Positions 43,682 to 53,229 are shown, counted from the stretch's first letter. The stretch is 56,856 nt of DNA from Gemmatimonadaceae bacterium (GCA_036383935.1 DASVNI010000338.1:1-56856); one strand, 5' to 3'. Program-made: numbers and translations. The notes: a model not told the origin generated them from the letters alone.

Positions 43682-46213
43682 ATGTCTCGTGCGGCTAGAT
43701 TGCTCGCAATGAGTCGCGCCGTCCCGTCTCAGTTCGCTTTGCCGATCGACGAGGTGCTGGCGCCGTTGCGCGCAGCACTCACCGTGCAGCCGAATGTGGT
43801 CCTTCAAGCTCCCCCGGGAGCTGGCAAGACCACACGAGTGCCGTTGGCGCTTCGTGATGCTGCGTGGCTGGAGGGGCGGCGTATCGTGATGCTGGAGCCG
43901 AGACGCCTCGCGGCACGCGCTGCTGCGCGATACATGGCAGCGTCGCTCGGCGAATCGGTTGGCGAGACCGTCGGCTTCCGAACGCGCGGCGAGACGCGTG
44001 TCGGACCGCGCACGACGATCGAGGTCGTCACGGAGGGCGTGCTCACACGAATGTTGCATCGCGATCCCGCGCTCGAGCACGTGGGCATCATTTTGTTCGA
44101 TGAGTTTCACGAGCGCAGCCTGCAGGCTGACGTCGGTCTCGCTCTGACGCTCGAGTCGCAGTCGTTGATTCGCCCGGATCTTCGACTGCTCGTCATGTCG
44201 GCCACGCTCGACGGTTCGGCGGTCGCCACCATGTTGGGTGATGCGCCTGTCCTGGTGAGCGAAGGTCGCGCCTTCCCCGTCGTGACCCATTATCGCGCGC
44301 GTCGCGCCGACCAGTCACTGGAGGGCGCAGTCGCATCGGCCGTGCTGTACGCCCTCGAGCGGCACGAGGGGAGTGTGCTCGTGTTTCTGCCGGGCGTCGG
44401 CGAGATTCGACGCGCCAGCGCATCGCTCGCTCGGCTGGCGATGCCGCGCGATGTTCGCGTGATGCCCCTCTTCGGTGCGATGACGGCTGCCGCGCAGGAC
44501 GAAGCCATTGCCGTGCCGATCGCAGGGTCACGCAAGGTGGTGCTCGCGACATCGATCGCGGAGACTAGCCTGACGATCGAAGGTATCCGGGTCGTGATCG
44601 ACGCCGGGTTGTCACGCATTCCGTCCTTCTCGGCGCGCACCGGGATGTCACGGCTCCGCACGGTGCGGGTTTCGCGCGCGGCGGCGGAGCAGCGACGCGG
44701 ACGAGCGGGGCGCACGGCGCCCGGCATCTGCTATCGGTTGTGGGCGGCCGAGGAGGACTTCGGTCTGCTGGAGCGAGATCGCCCTGAGATCCTCGATGCC
44801 GATCTGACGCCACTCGCGTTGGATCTCGCGCTCGCTGGCATCGTCGACGCGGGCACGTTGCGCTGGCTCGACTCGCCCCCTGCTCCTGCGTTGGCTCACG
44901 CGCGCGAACTGCTCCAGCAACTCGGCGGCGTGTCCGCCGACTGTCGTGTCACGGAGCACGGTCGGGCCATGGCGCGACTCGGGACCCACCCGCGGCTGGC
45001 GCACATGCTGCTGCGTGGTCGTGAGCTCGGCTCGGGCGCCACCGCGGGCGCGGTTGCCGCTCTGCTCGACGAACGCGACGCTGGTCGCGATGCGAGCATG
45101 CACGATGTGGATGTGCGCGCACGTGTGTCGCGCATCGCGTCGCGCGACTCACGATCGGATGACGACTTCGACGGTCTCCGCCGCATACGCGCGCAGGCAC
45201 AGCGCTGGCGGCGCGCGCTCGGTGTGGATGACCAACGCTCTCGCGACGACGACTGCGGGTCGCTGATCGCGCTCGCCTTTCCGGACCGAATCGCTCAGCG
45301 GCGTCCGGGTTCTCGCGAACGCTTTCTGCTGCGCAACGGGCTGGGCGTCGAGCTTCCCGACGGCTCGTCGCTGTCGGGCAGCGAATATCTGGCGGTCGCT
45401 GAGGTGGATGGACGACGCCCGCATGCCGGTATTCTGCTCGCGGCGCCGCTTTCGATCGCCGAAGTCGAGGAATTGTTCTCCGAGCAGATCGTGCGGGAGA
45501 GCGTCGTCGAATGGAGTGACGCCGAGGGAGTCGTCACGGCGGCACACCGGGAGCGACTGGACGCGCTCGTGCTCCGTGAGTCCGTCCGCGGCGTGGTCGA
45601 TGAAGCCATCGTCGCCGAAGCTTTGCTGCGCGGTCTGACGTCGAACCAGCGACTCGATATTCGGTGGTCGGAACAAGCGCAGCGGACGCGCGCGCGTCTC
45701 GCGTTCCTTCATGCGCACGTCGCCGGCTGGCCCGATGTGGGCGACGCGGCCCTCGCGGCGTCGGCGCGCGACTGGCTCCTCCCGCACCTCGTTGGACTAC
45801 GCCGGCGAGGCCAGGTAGAAGCGCTCGATCTGTCAGAGCTCCTGCTGGCGCGATTGAGCTGGCAGCAGCGGGCGCAGTTTGATGCACTCGCCCCTGCGAC
45901 GCTCGAGGTCCCCAGTGGCTCCAGCATTCGCCTGGACTATTCGGATCCTCAGGCTCCAGTGCTAGCCGTGCGGCTACAGGAGCTATTCGGTCTTACGGTC
46001 ACTCCCGCCATCGCGGCCGGTGCGGTGCCGCTCACGCTGCACCTGCTGTCGCCGGCAAACCGCCCCGTTCAGGTCACGCGCGATCTTGCGGGCTTCTGGC
46101 GGAATTCCTACTTCGAGGTTCGCCGGGAGCTCCGGGGTCGCTACCCCAAGCACGAGTGGCCGGAGGATCCTCTCCGAGCGCCACCGACGCGGCGCGCCAA
46201 GCGACGCGGCTGA
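43682..46213 (+). CDS. hrpB: ATP-dependent RNA helicase HrpB (DEAH-box)
   Basis: APPGAGKTT, FDEFHERS, SATL, TSIAETSLTI, QRRGRAGR. C-terminal HrpB-specific domain. 843 aa. Confidence 0.92.
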   Translation: MSRAARLLAMSRAVPSQFALPIDEVLAPLRAALTVQPNVVLQAPPGAGKTTRVPLALRDAAWLEGRRIVMLEPRRLAARAAARYMAASLGESVGETVGFRTRGETRVGPRTTIEVVTEGVLTRMLHRDPALEHVGIILFDEFHERSLQADVGLALTLESQSLIRPDLRLLVMSATLDGSAVATMLGDAPVLVSEGRAFPVVTHYRARRADQSLEGAVASAVLYALERHEGSVLVFLPGVGEIRRASASLARLAMPRDVRVMPLFGAMTAAAQDEAIAVPIAGSRKVVLATSIAETSLTIEGIRVVIDAGLSRIPSFSARTGMSRLRTVRVSRAAAEQRRGRAGRTAPGICYRLWAAEEDFGLLERDRPEILDADLTPLALDLALAGIVDAGTLRWLDSPPAPALAHARELLQQLGGVSADCRVTEHGRAMARLGTHPRLAHMLLRGRELGSGATAGAVAALLDERDAGRDASMHDVDVRARVSRIASRDSRSDDDFDGLRRIRAQAQRWRRALGVDDQRSRDDDCGSLIALAFPDRIAQRRPGSRERFLLRNGLGVELPDGSSLSGSEYLAVAEVDGRRPHAGILLAAPLSIAEVEELFSEQIVRESVVEWSDAEGVVTAAHRERLDALVLRESVRGVVDEAIVAEALLRGLTSNQRLDIRWSEQAQRTRARLAFLHAHVAGWPDVGDAALAASARDWLLPHLVGLRRRGQVEALDLSELLLARLSWQQRAQFDALAPATLEVPSGSSIRLDYSDPQAPVLAVRLQELFGLTVTPAIAAGAVPLTLHLLSPANRPVQVTRDLAGFWRNSYFEVRRELRGRYPKHEWPEDPLRAPPTRRAKRRG

Positions 46214-46303
46214 GGCTCGGCCCGATCGCTGGCTTCGAGGGTCGAGGTCGGTTTGTTCGACTCGTGCGTTGGCGCGAGAGGCACGACACTGGCAGCCGAT
46301 TCT

Positions 46304-46378
46304 CTAAATTCCTATTTTCGAAGGGCAATTAAAAATTCATTCGCTTCTCTTATAATTCCTCAGTAAATAGGAATTTAG
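46304..46378. repeat. Perfect 14-bp inverted repeat bracketing a promoter-like element inside an AT-rich island
   Basis: ctaaattcctattt (46304-17) and aaataggaatttag (46365-78). TTAAAA-16nt-TATAAT (46329-34 / 46351-56) lies between the arms. 46301-46380 has 25 G+C of 80 nt by direct count. Confidence 0.85.
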
Positions 46379-46379
46379 C

Positions 46380-46769
46380 GTGCGCCTATATAGCGTTGCG
46401 GTGGCTTCTGTTGCGATTGATGCGCCGGAGAAGTGGACCGACAATCTCATTGCGCACCACGAGCTGGAGGGGATTCAGTCCAGGGCCCGCGGAGTCGCCC
46501 GAGGTATCTCGTGGCCAGCCCTGGTTCATATCGCGCTGGCGCGAGAGCTTCACGTCGGAATCGGCTGCTCGGTACGGGATGCCGTCTCGTTCGCCGCCGT
46601 AATTCTGGCCGCCCCCGAGAGCCTGATCGCAACCGGCCCGCATCTCACCCTCACCTTCGCCCGGGAACGTTTCGAGCACGACCTTCACCGGCGCCTCGTG
46701 GACGCTCTCGAAAGCGCCCCGCGCCCGCGCCGAGGACGGCCGCGCCAACGAGGGCTGGCCCGAAACTGA
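46380..46769 (+). CDS. Hypothetical protein (129 aa)
   Basis: GTG start with AGGA 7 nt upstream. The first ~15 codons use A/T-ending codons atypical for this window. The C-terminus is Arg-rich. No motif recognised. Confidence 0.5.
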   Translation: MRLYSVAVASVAIDAPEKWTDNLIAHHELEGIQSRARGVARGISWPALVHIALARELHVGIGCSVRDAVSFAAVILAAPESLIATGPHLTLTFARERFEHDLHRRLVDALESAPRPRRGRPRQRGLARN

Positions 46770-46782
46770 AGGGAAAAGAGAA

Positions 46783-46810
46783 AGCGGGGCGACCCAGAGG
46801 GTCGCCCCGC
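46783..46810 (-). terminator. Rho-independent terminator of the second csp gene
   Basis: agcggggcgacc / ggtcgccccgct (12 bp, 4-nt loop). On the minus strand it is followed by TTCTCTTTTCCC. Confidence 0.75.
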
Positions 46811-46836
46811 TCTCATGCACTTCGAGCTCGATCAGC

Positions 46837-47043
46837 TCAGGTCTTCGACACGTTCTCGGCCGCGGGGCCCTTGGCGCCCTGGACGATGTCGAATTCCACC
46901 GAGTCGCCCTCGGCGAGGGACTTGAAGCCGTTGCCCTGGATCGCGCTGTAGTGCACGAAGCAGTCTTTCTCGCCGCTGTCGGGGGTAATGAAGCCGAAAC
47001 CCTTCGCGTCGTTGAACCACTTCACCTTGCCGGTCGTACGCAT
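46837..47043 (-). CDS. Cold-shock protein (CSD), second copy
   Basis: [65 protein letters not shown]. Confidence 0.93.
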   Translation of the reverse strand: MRTTGKVKWFNDAKGFGFITPDSGEKDCFVHYSAIQGNGFKSLAEGDSVEFDIVQGAKGPAAENVSKT

Positions 47044-47283
47044 ATCCCAACTCCTGAGAAAACTGATTGTCTAGGGAGCGGAACGCGCCGTACCCCGACA
47101 ATAGCCAGTGCGGCGGGCGCACCGGTGTCCCGTCGCGATGAACGACAAACGCCGAGCCCGATGCTGCTGGCTCGGCGAGCGCAAACGTAGCAAGCCCAAA
47201 AAGAACGGTCAATAGTCGGGCAGGGGCCCATCCGCCCCGAGCGGATGGATTGGGTGCGATGTGTCGGGCGGTCAGCGATGCTG

Positions 47284-47709
47284 CTAGGACGACGCCTTCT
47301 CGACCCCGACCACGAAGTATTCCGTCTCTCCGAAGCAGGAGGTTGGGATCCCCTTGTGCTGCTCGTACGTGATCGAGACACGGGAGCCCATCATCTTGCT
47401 CAGGACCGCCGCGAGACTGTCGGATCGCACGGTGAAGGGAAACCGTTCCTGGGCTGCGCCCGGAACGTTCACCATCGCCAGCTCACCTTCCCACGTTTTA
47501 CAGATCCATCCCTTGTGGGAGAGCTTCTGGATGTAGCCGGCCCGATGTCCTGCTTCGGAGTACGAGTAGGACAGCGCGATTGCCGTCCATGCACCCAGCA
47601 GGAGGACGGGTGTGAGCAACCCGGCGAGGAGAATCCACGGCCAGCGGCGCCAACGCCGGCGGCTCGAGGAGGATGCACCGGATGCGTCCTGTTGCCCTTG
47701 GTCGCTCAT
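47284..47709 (-). CDS. Hypothetical membrane-anchored protein
   Basis: ATG 47709 (aa 24 of the ORF). A single TM helix (WPWILLAGLLTPVLLLGAWTAIAL) is followed by a ~90-aa domain. Confidence 0.55.
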   Translation of the reverse strand: MSDQGQQDASGASSSSRRRWRRWPWILLAGLLTPVLLLGAWTAIALSYSYSEAGHRAGYIQKLSHKGWICKTWEGELAMVNVPGAAQERFPFTVRSDSLAAVLSKMMGSRVSITYEQHKGIPTSCFGETEYFVVGVEKASS

Positions 47710-47831
47710 GAGACTCCTTCCTGTGCACGCGTGGGATCGGTGAGGCCGGCCAGTGCAGAAACTACGTCCTGCGTGCACGCTACACAGGGGGTTTCCTCTT
47801 AGATTTCAATGTCGCCTTCACCCGGTAGCTC

Positions 47832-49088
47832 GTGACCTTCGCCCCACGCAGACCAACCGTTACCGCCTTCGTCGGCTCCGTGCCGGTCGGCTCGAATCAT
47901 CCGATCGTCGTGCAGTCGATGACGAACACGGATACCGCCGACGCGATCAGTACTGCCGCACAGATCGAGAGTCTTGCGCGGGCAGGCTCGCAGCTGGTGC
48001 GCGTCACCGTGAACAACGAGGCCGCGGCGGCGGCTGTTCCGGAGATCGTGGCACGTATCAACGACGCCGGTGTCAGCGTGCCGATCGTCGGGGACTTTCA
48101 CTACAACGGCCACCTGCTGCTCGCGCGCTATCCCGCTTGCGCGCGTGCGCTCGACAAGTATCGCATCAATCCGGGAAACGTCGGCGGAAAGCGGCGAGAC
48201 GAGAACTTCCGGACGATCGTGCAGATCGCCGTCGAGCACGGGAAGCCGGTACGCATCGGCGTGAACTGGGGCTCGCTCGATCAGGATCTGCTGACGGAGA
48301 TGATGGACGAGAACGCGCGCGCCGCCGCACCGCGCACAGCGAAGGACGTCTACATCGAAGCGATGCTCGCGTCGGCGCTGCGCTCGGCGGAACTGGCGGA
48401 AGAGGTGGGGTTGGGACACGACCGAATTCTCATCTCGGCCAAGGTGTCACAGGTCCCCGATCTGGTCGACGTCTACGAGCGCCTCGCGTCGCGATGCGAC
48501 TATCCCTTGCATCTCGGATTGACCGAAGCCGGGATGGGGATGAAAGGGCAGGTGGCCAGCGCAGCCGCGCTCTCCATTCTCCTTTCGAAGGGAATCGGCG
48601 ACACGATTCGCGTATCCCTCACGCCGAAGCCGAATGGCGACCGGAGCGAAGAGGTTCTCGTCGCGCAGCAGATCCTGCAGTCGCTCGGCCTGCGAAGCTT
48701 CGCGCCGCAGGTGACGGCATGTCCAGGATGCGGACGCACGACGTCGACCTTCTTCCAGCACATGGCGGAAGACATCCAGACCTACATTCGCGAACAGATG
48801 CCGGTCTGGCGCCAGTCGCACCCTGGCGTGGAGACCATGCATGTTGCCGTGATGGGGTGTGTCGTGAATGGGCCCGGCGAATCGAAGCACGCGAATCTCG
48901 GCATCTCACTGCCAGGCACCTTCGAAGAACCCAAGGCGCCCGTCTACGTGGACGGTCGCTTGTTCACCACGCTCAAGGGCGAGCACATCGTGCAGGAGTT
49001 CCTCGGCATTCTCGAGGAATACGTCGCGCGCAATTATCCCGCGACTCCGTTGGCTGGTGCGCTCGACGCCGCCGGCGTCATGCCCTGA
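47832..49088 (+). CDS. ispG: 4-hydroxy-3-methylbut-2-enyl diphosphate synthase
   Basis: [28 protein letters not shown] and GCVVNGPGE (4Fe-4S ligands). Confidence 0.93.
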   Translation: MTFAPRRPTVTAFVGSVPVGSNHPIVVQSMTNTDTADAISTAAQIESLARAGSQLVRVTVNNEAAAAAVPEIVARINDAGVSVPIVGDFHYNGHLLLARYPACARALDKYRINPGNVGGKRRDENFRTIVQIAVEHGKPVRIGVNWGSLDQDLLTEMMDENARAAAPRTAKDVYIEAMLASALRSAELAEEVGLGHDRILISAKVSQVPDLVDVYERLASRCDYPLHLGLTEAGMGMKGQVASAAALSILLSKGIGDTIRVSLTPKPNGDRSEEVLVAQQILQSLGLRSFAPQVTACPGCGRTTSTFFQHMAEDIQTYIREQMPVWRQSHPGVETMHVAVMGCVVNGPGESKHANLGISLPGTFEEPKAPVYVDGRLFTTLKGEHIVQEFLGILEEYVARNYPATPLAGALDAAGVMP

Positions 49089-49100
49089 GCGACGCTCGGC

Positions 49101-49727
49101 TCAGCGCGACGAGAGACTTCCCGCCACAGCGCGTTCCAGCTCCTCGGCCACGAACTGGAGCTCCTCCATGATGGGCGCGTCGAAGCCCACCTCCTGGAGT
49201 CGTTCGTAGACACGACGGTACCAACGTGCCGTCCCCGAACGTCCCGCATTGAAGCGCGACCAGACGGTATCGGGATCGAGCGTGCGTTTCAGGTCGGCGA
49301 GTATCGTACTGCCGTTGTGAATCTTGTCCGCGGCGCAGACCCAACGCGCGCGCTCGGGCGCGGCAGCAAGCCTGGCGAGATAGTCATCGCGCCGCTCCTC
49401 GCTCGAGAGCTCGATGCCCTCCTCGTCGACCTGGCGCTGGGTGACTGCAAGCACGGTATCCAGCACCTCCGGCCCGAACTTGTCCCCAATACGTTGTTCG
49501 AGTGTGTTGCGCGTGTAGCCGTCGCGCACGCAGTCCTCGATCACGTCGTGCAGGATACCGCTCACGACAGTCATCTCGTCCTGCCCGTATCGGGTCAGGA
49601 TGACGGCGACGTTTGCCGGATGCGTCAGGTAGGGCAGGCGCGTACCCTTCCGAACCTGTCGATCATGATGCTTCGCCGCGAAGGCGAGCGCGTGATTGAT
49701 TCGGTCGGAGTAGCCGCGGATCGACAT
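49101..49727 (-). CDS. HD-domain protein, RelA/SpoT-type (p)ppGpp hydrolase-like
   Basis: AFAAKHHDRQVRKGTRLPYLTHP ... ILHDVIED. Confidence 0.8.
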   Translation of the reverse strand: MSIRGYSDRINHALAFAAKHHDRQVRKGTRLPYLTHPANVAVILTRYGQDEMTVVSGILHDVIEDCVRDGYTRNTLEQRIGDKFGPEVLDTVLAVTQRQVDEEGIELSSEERRDDYLARLAAAPERARWVCAADKIHNGSTILADLKRTLDPDTVWSRFNAGRSGTARWYRRVYERLQEVGFDAPIMEELQFVAEELERAVAGSLSSR

Positions 49728-49820
49728 CGGGTCGCGGGAAGGCAGGCTGTCGGCGAACTATGCTCTAACATACCGAGGTGGCGATGCTCCGCACAGCGCG
49801 CGGGCATCGCCGGTACCGCC

Positions 49821-50249
49821 TCATCGCGAGATCTGCCCCGCAAGCACGAGATCGATGATCGCCAGCGCAGTGCCTTGCAGGGTGACCGCGATACCGGCCC
49901 CAACCAGGCCGAAGCGACGCACCGCCCGCCAGCCGATGACTGCGAGCGTGATTCCCACGAGGACGTAGCCCACATCGAGGCCGATGTTCAGCCACAGAAT
50001 CCGATCGAGTCGCGTCGCGCCCGCGAGATCCCGAACGGCAAGCGAGCGCAGCAGGATCAGGGCGATGCCCAACTCGACGGCGCCCCATAGGGCGTTCTGG
50101 ATGCCGAAATGCTTGACCAGTGACGATCGGGGGCGACCTAGGCGAAGCATCGCCACCAGTGCTGTCCCGATGAGCAGACTGGCAGCGCCCCACAAGGCGA
50201 GTCTGAGGAGATGAGCTCGTTCTGCGGCGAGTAGAGTATCTGCCCACAT
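49821..50249 (-). CDS. Hypothetical integral membrane protein (4 predicted TM helices)
   Basis: Four hydrophobic stretches of about 20 aa. GC3-rich. Confidence 0.6.
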   Translation of the reverse strand: MWADTLLAAERAHLLRLALWGAASLLIGTALVAMLRLGRPRSSLVKHFGIQNALWGAVELGIALILLRSLAVRDLAGATRLDRILWLNIGLDVGYVLVGITLAVIGWRAVRRFGLVGAGIAVTLQGTALAIIDLVLAGQISR

Positions 50250-50412
50250 GAGCGGCGTAATGGAAGCGTAGTGGATGGAGCGGTGTCGGGCACTACGGAT
50301 GCTATAGTGCCTCGATAATGCTGTCTTGATGTCCCGGAAGTGCGCAGAATGGGCGATCAGTCTCGTTCACGAGAACCACGCCGTGCGCGCAACTTCGACG
50401 TCTGAAGTTAGT

Positions 50413-52167
50413 TCAGACGGTGGCTGGGACTTCTGCTGCCGGACGCGCCTCGACAGGAGGCTGCTCGGAGAGGACGGGATCCGGCGCGTTCCAGAGCACG
50501 ATACCACGAATACGCCCGCCTGTCCTCTCGATGTCCTCGAGGGCACGCTTCAGGTGCGCCACTGGGGTCTGTCCCGCTCGCACGCAGTAGACCACGTCCG
50601 GGATGGGGAGGACACTGGGAAGGCCGCTCAGGACCTGCTCCGCGGAGCTGACGAGCACGATGGTGTCGTAGCGCCGAGCCAGCCGGCTCGCGTCGCTCTG
50701 CAGCAGCGCACTGACCGCCTGGAAGGGCGGGGCGTCCGGCCCACTTGGCACGACATCGATGGCGCTGTCGCGACCGATCCGAGCGGAGCGGACGGCCTCG
50801 GGCCAACTCAGCTTCTGCGTCACGAGCCCGCTCAAGCCGTGGCTGGTGCGGAAGCGAAGGACGGCGGCGACGGTCGAAGCGCCGGCATCGGTATCGATCA
50901 GCAGGGTGCTACGCGCCTCGTCAGCCGCTATCGCGGCAAAGTTGATCGCCACGATCGCCGAAACCGTCGGGTTGTCTCCCGTGATCGTGAGCATCAGCAC
51001 GTTCGACCCAGCCGTCGCAACGTGGAGATAGATGAGTTGGTGGCCGTCCGCCCCGGGATCGATGTATGGAGGGGCGTTGCGGTCGGACGAACGTCGGCCG
51101 CGCTCAGGCGACTGAGGCCGAGGGCTGATGACGCCAAGGACTCGCACCCCGGTCGCGCGCTCTGCCTCGTACGCGTCCGCGATGCGCGGATGCCGAACTT
51201 CATCGACAAGGGCGAACCCGAATCCGATGACGGCGCCGAAGATCAGGGCTGCGGCAAGCATCGCCGGAGGTGACGCGCCCAGGTTGGCGAGCTCCCGCGC
51301 GCGCTCCTCGCGAGCGTCCAGTCTGGCGAGCTCCGCTCGCTCGCGCGCGAGCCGCTCTGCCACTCCAGCGGCTGCGGCACGCGTGGACGAGGCCCGAGCA
51401 ATCTGCTCCAGCGTGTCTGGAATTCCCCGCGACGCCATCACGTCGGCAATCGTAGGTGCGGCTGGCGAGAGCGCGGCAATCTCCTGGCGCAGAGCTGTGC
51501 GTCGAGCGTTGGCCATCCCTTCGATCGCTCGTCCCAGTTCGTTCGCGCGCGCGGTCAACGCGACGAAGACCGGGTCGACGCCACCGACTGCGTTGTAGCT
51601 ATCGCGCTCACGCTCGATCTCGACGAGTGAGTCGAGAAGTTGCCGGACCCTCGCATCCCCTCGCATCGCGGGAGCCTCCGCGAGCGCCCGGTACGACCCG
51701 AGTAGGGGCGCATTGTCGGCGCGCGTCAACAGTTGGCCGAGCTGTGCGACCTGCGCCGCGAGCGAGTCCCGGTGAGTGCGCACCGAGTCAGTGAGGACGC
51801 CCCCTCCGGCGAGTGAGTCGGGGGCGCCCGCTGCGGTTGCCGCAACCAGTTGCGAGATCTGGGTTCGTGCGGCGAGCAGTGTCGAGTCGGCGGCACGTAC
51901 CTGGCGCTCCGCCTCAGCGAGGGCCGCGGCTGTGGGCTCGGTATCGGGACGTTGTGCGGCAACTGGGCGAAGTTGCGCCGCTGCGCGCCGCGCCTGCTGC
52001 GGAACGACGACCAGCGCGACGAGCGAAGCGATGAACGTCATGATGCTCACGACGCCGATGAACACGGGGCGCCTGAGTGCATTGCGCGCACGCGCAGCCA
52101 TCCACGTCGCGCGACTGGGACTGGGTGGCTTGGCTCGTTCTCGCGTCGGACGGCGGCGCGGACTCAT
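50413..52167 (-). CDS. Polysaccharide co-polymerase (Wzz/GumC-like) fused to a degenerate BY-kinase-like domain
   Basis: N-terminal TM, long coiled-coil periplasmic region, second TM. The C-terminal P-loop-NTPase-like domain keeps LLIDTDAG (Walker A') but has ITGDNPTVS where GxxGxGK[ST] is expected. There is no C-terminal Tyr cluster. Confidence 0.7.
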   Translation of the reverse strand: MSPRRRPTRERAKPPSPSRATWMAARARNALRRPVFIGVVSIMTFIASLVALVVVPQQARRAAAQLRPVAAQRPDTEPTAAALAEAERQVRAADSTLLAARTQISQLVAATAAGAPDSLAGGGVLTDSVRTHRDSLAAQVAQLGQLLTRADNAPLLGSYRALAEAPAMRGDARVRQLLDSLVEIERERDSYNAVGGVDPVFVALTARANELGRAIEGMANARRTALRQEIAALSPAAPTIADVMASRGIPDTLEQIARASSTRAAAAGVAERLARERAELARLDAREERARELANLGASPPAMLAAALIFGAVIGFGFALVDEVRHPRIADAYEAERATGVRVLGVISPRPQSPERGRRSSDRNAPPYIDPGADGHQLIYLHVATAGSNVLMLTITGDNPTVSAIVAINFAAIAADEARSTLLIDTDAGASTVAAVLRFRTSHGLSGLVTQKLSWPEAVRSARIGRDSAIDVVPSGPDAPPFQAVSALLQSDASRLARRYDTIVLVSSAEQVLSGLPSVLPIPDVVYCVRAGQTPVAHLKRALEDIERTGGRIRGIVLWNAPDPVLSEQPPVEARPAAEVPATV

Positions 52168-52276
52168 GTGCGGATGATCGCCTCGCTTCGCTCGGCACGC
52201 AACGCGTGACCGCGTCGCAGGACGCAAACCACTCTTGCACGACGTGCACCAACGCTCAGCTGTCGCCAACGACGAG

Positions 52277-52306
52277 CGGGGCAGGTGCGCATGCGCACCT
52301 GCCCCG
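52277..52306 (-). terminator. Perfect 30-nt palindrome downstream of the cupredoxin gene
   Basis: cggggcaggtgcgc|atgc... the 28-nt core (52278-52305, inside the 30-nt palindrome) is exactly self-complementary (ggggcaggtgcgca / tgcgcacctgcccc). No U-tract. Confidence 0.5.
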
Positions 52307-52350
52307 TCACACGTCGTAGATCGTCCAGCCTACAGCGTCGGTGAATCGGA

Positions 52351-52890
52351 CTACTGGACCGTGATCGTGCCCTTCATGTTCATCGCCGCGTGCGGCGTGC
52401 AGATATAGTCGTACTTGCCAGCCGGGACCTTGGCGAAGGAGACGACGTAGGCCTCGTTCGGCTGCATGATCATCGGGCCGGCGAGCTCGCCCATCTTCTG
52501 GCCGGGCATGTTGGCATCGAGCTGCGCCTTGGCCGCGGCGTCGGTCACGTTCTGGAAGGTGACGTTGTGTGGGCCGCCGGAGACCATGACGAACTTCACC
52601 GCGTCGCCCTGCTTCACGGTGAGGTTCGCGGGCTCGAACTTATAACCCGTGGCGTCACCGATCATCTTGACCTCGTGCGTCTGACCGGTGGCCGGCGCAG
52701 CGGCAGCCGCACCAGCAGCCGGGGCCGCGGCGGGCGCAGCGGCAGCCGCCGCCCCCGTATCAGCCGGGGTCGTCGTTGCAGCGGGCGCCGGCGTAGCCGT
52801 CGCGGTGGTGTCGGCGGCGGGCGTCTTCTCGCCGCCACAGGCGCCGAGGATGGTCGCGCTCGCGAGGAGGGCAATACCGTGGAACCGCAT
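52351..52890 (-). CDS. Type-1 blue copper protein (plastocyanin/pseudoazurin-like) lipoprotein
   Basis: Lipobox LGAC, Ala/Pro/Thr linker. Cupredoxin ligands GPHNV ... YICTPHAAMNM (His, Cys-x2-His-x4-Met). GGAGG lies 9 nt upstream. Confidence 0.88.
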   Translation of the reverse strand: MRFHGIALLASATILGACGGEKTPAADTTATATPAPAATTTPADTGAAAAAAPAAAPAAGAAAAAPATGQTHEVKMIGDATGYKFEPANLTVKQGDAVKFVMVSGGPHNVTFQNVTDAAAKAQLDANMPGQKMGELAGPMIMQPNEAYVVSFAKVPAGKYDYICTPHAAMNMKGTITVQ

Positions 52891-52953
52891 TTCTGAAGGC
52901 CTCCAGTAGGACCTGATCGTGGTGTAAGGCGACGCGGGGGCCCCCGCGTCGTT

Positions 52954-52971
52954 TTGTGAATTTATTCACAA
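52954..52971. promoter_or_regulatory. CRP/FNR-class operator candidate
   Basis: ttgtgaatttattcacaa is a perfect 18-nt palindrome containing TGTGA-N6-TCACA. Its centre is ~72 nt upstream of the cupredoxin ATG. Confidence 0.55.
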
Positions 52972-53084
52972 GTTCCGTAAGCGCAATTCGGCCGATCATT
53001 GCCGTGCGTCGGGAGTGTGCAGGCGGCGTGCATACCCCGCGCCGTCACGTTGACCCGTCCGCGAGTCGCTGTTAGGTTGCCCGC

Positions 53085-53165
53085 ATGTCGATAATTGGCG
53101 TCCACCATCATGCGCATCCTCACCACGGTCAGACGGGCCGGGGCGAGACGCGCATGCGCGGGTAG
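53085..53165 (+). CDS. Histidine operon leader peptide (26 aa)
   Basis: Translated by hand: MSIIGVHHHAHPHHGQTGRGETRMRG*. Six His fall in codons 7-14. An intrinsic terminator lies downstream, ahead of hisG. Confidence 0.8.
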   Translation: MSIIGVHHHAHPHHGQTGRGETRMRG

Positions 53166-53201
53166 GCGAAAGCTCACCCCAACAGCGCCGATCGGCTCGC
53201 G

Positions 53202-53229
53202 GCCCGTCCTGATGGACGGGCTTTTTTTT
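53202..53229 (+). terminator. his attenuator terminator
   Basis: gcccgtcc (53202-09) / ggacgggc (53214-21), TGAT loop, then eight T (53222-29). The 5' arm ggcccgtc can alternatively pair with gacgggcc (53132-39) inside the leader ORF. Confidence 0.85.

Noticed and set aside
52931-52950. gacgcgggggcccccgcgtc followed by gtttt, considered as a plus-strand terminator.
   Set aside because: No plus-strand gene ends upstream of it. It more likely belongs to the cupredoxin promoter or 5' UTR, and I mention it under the CRP-box finding.
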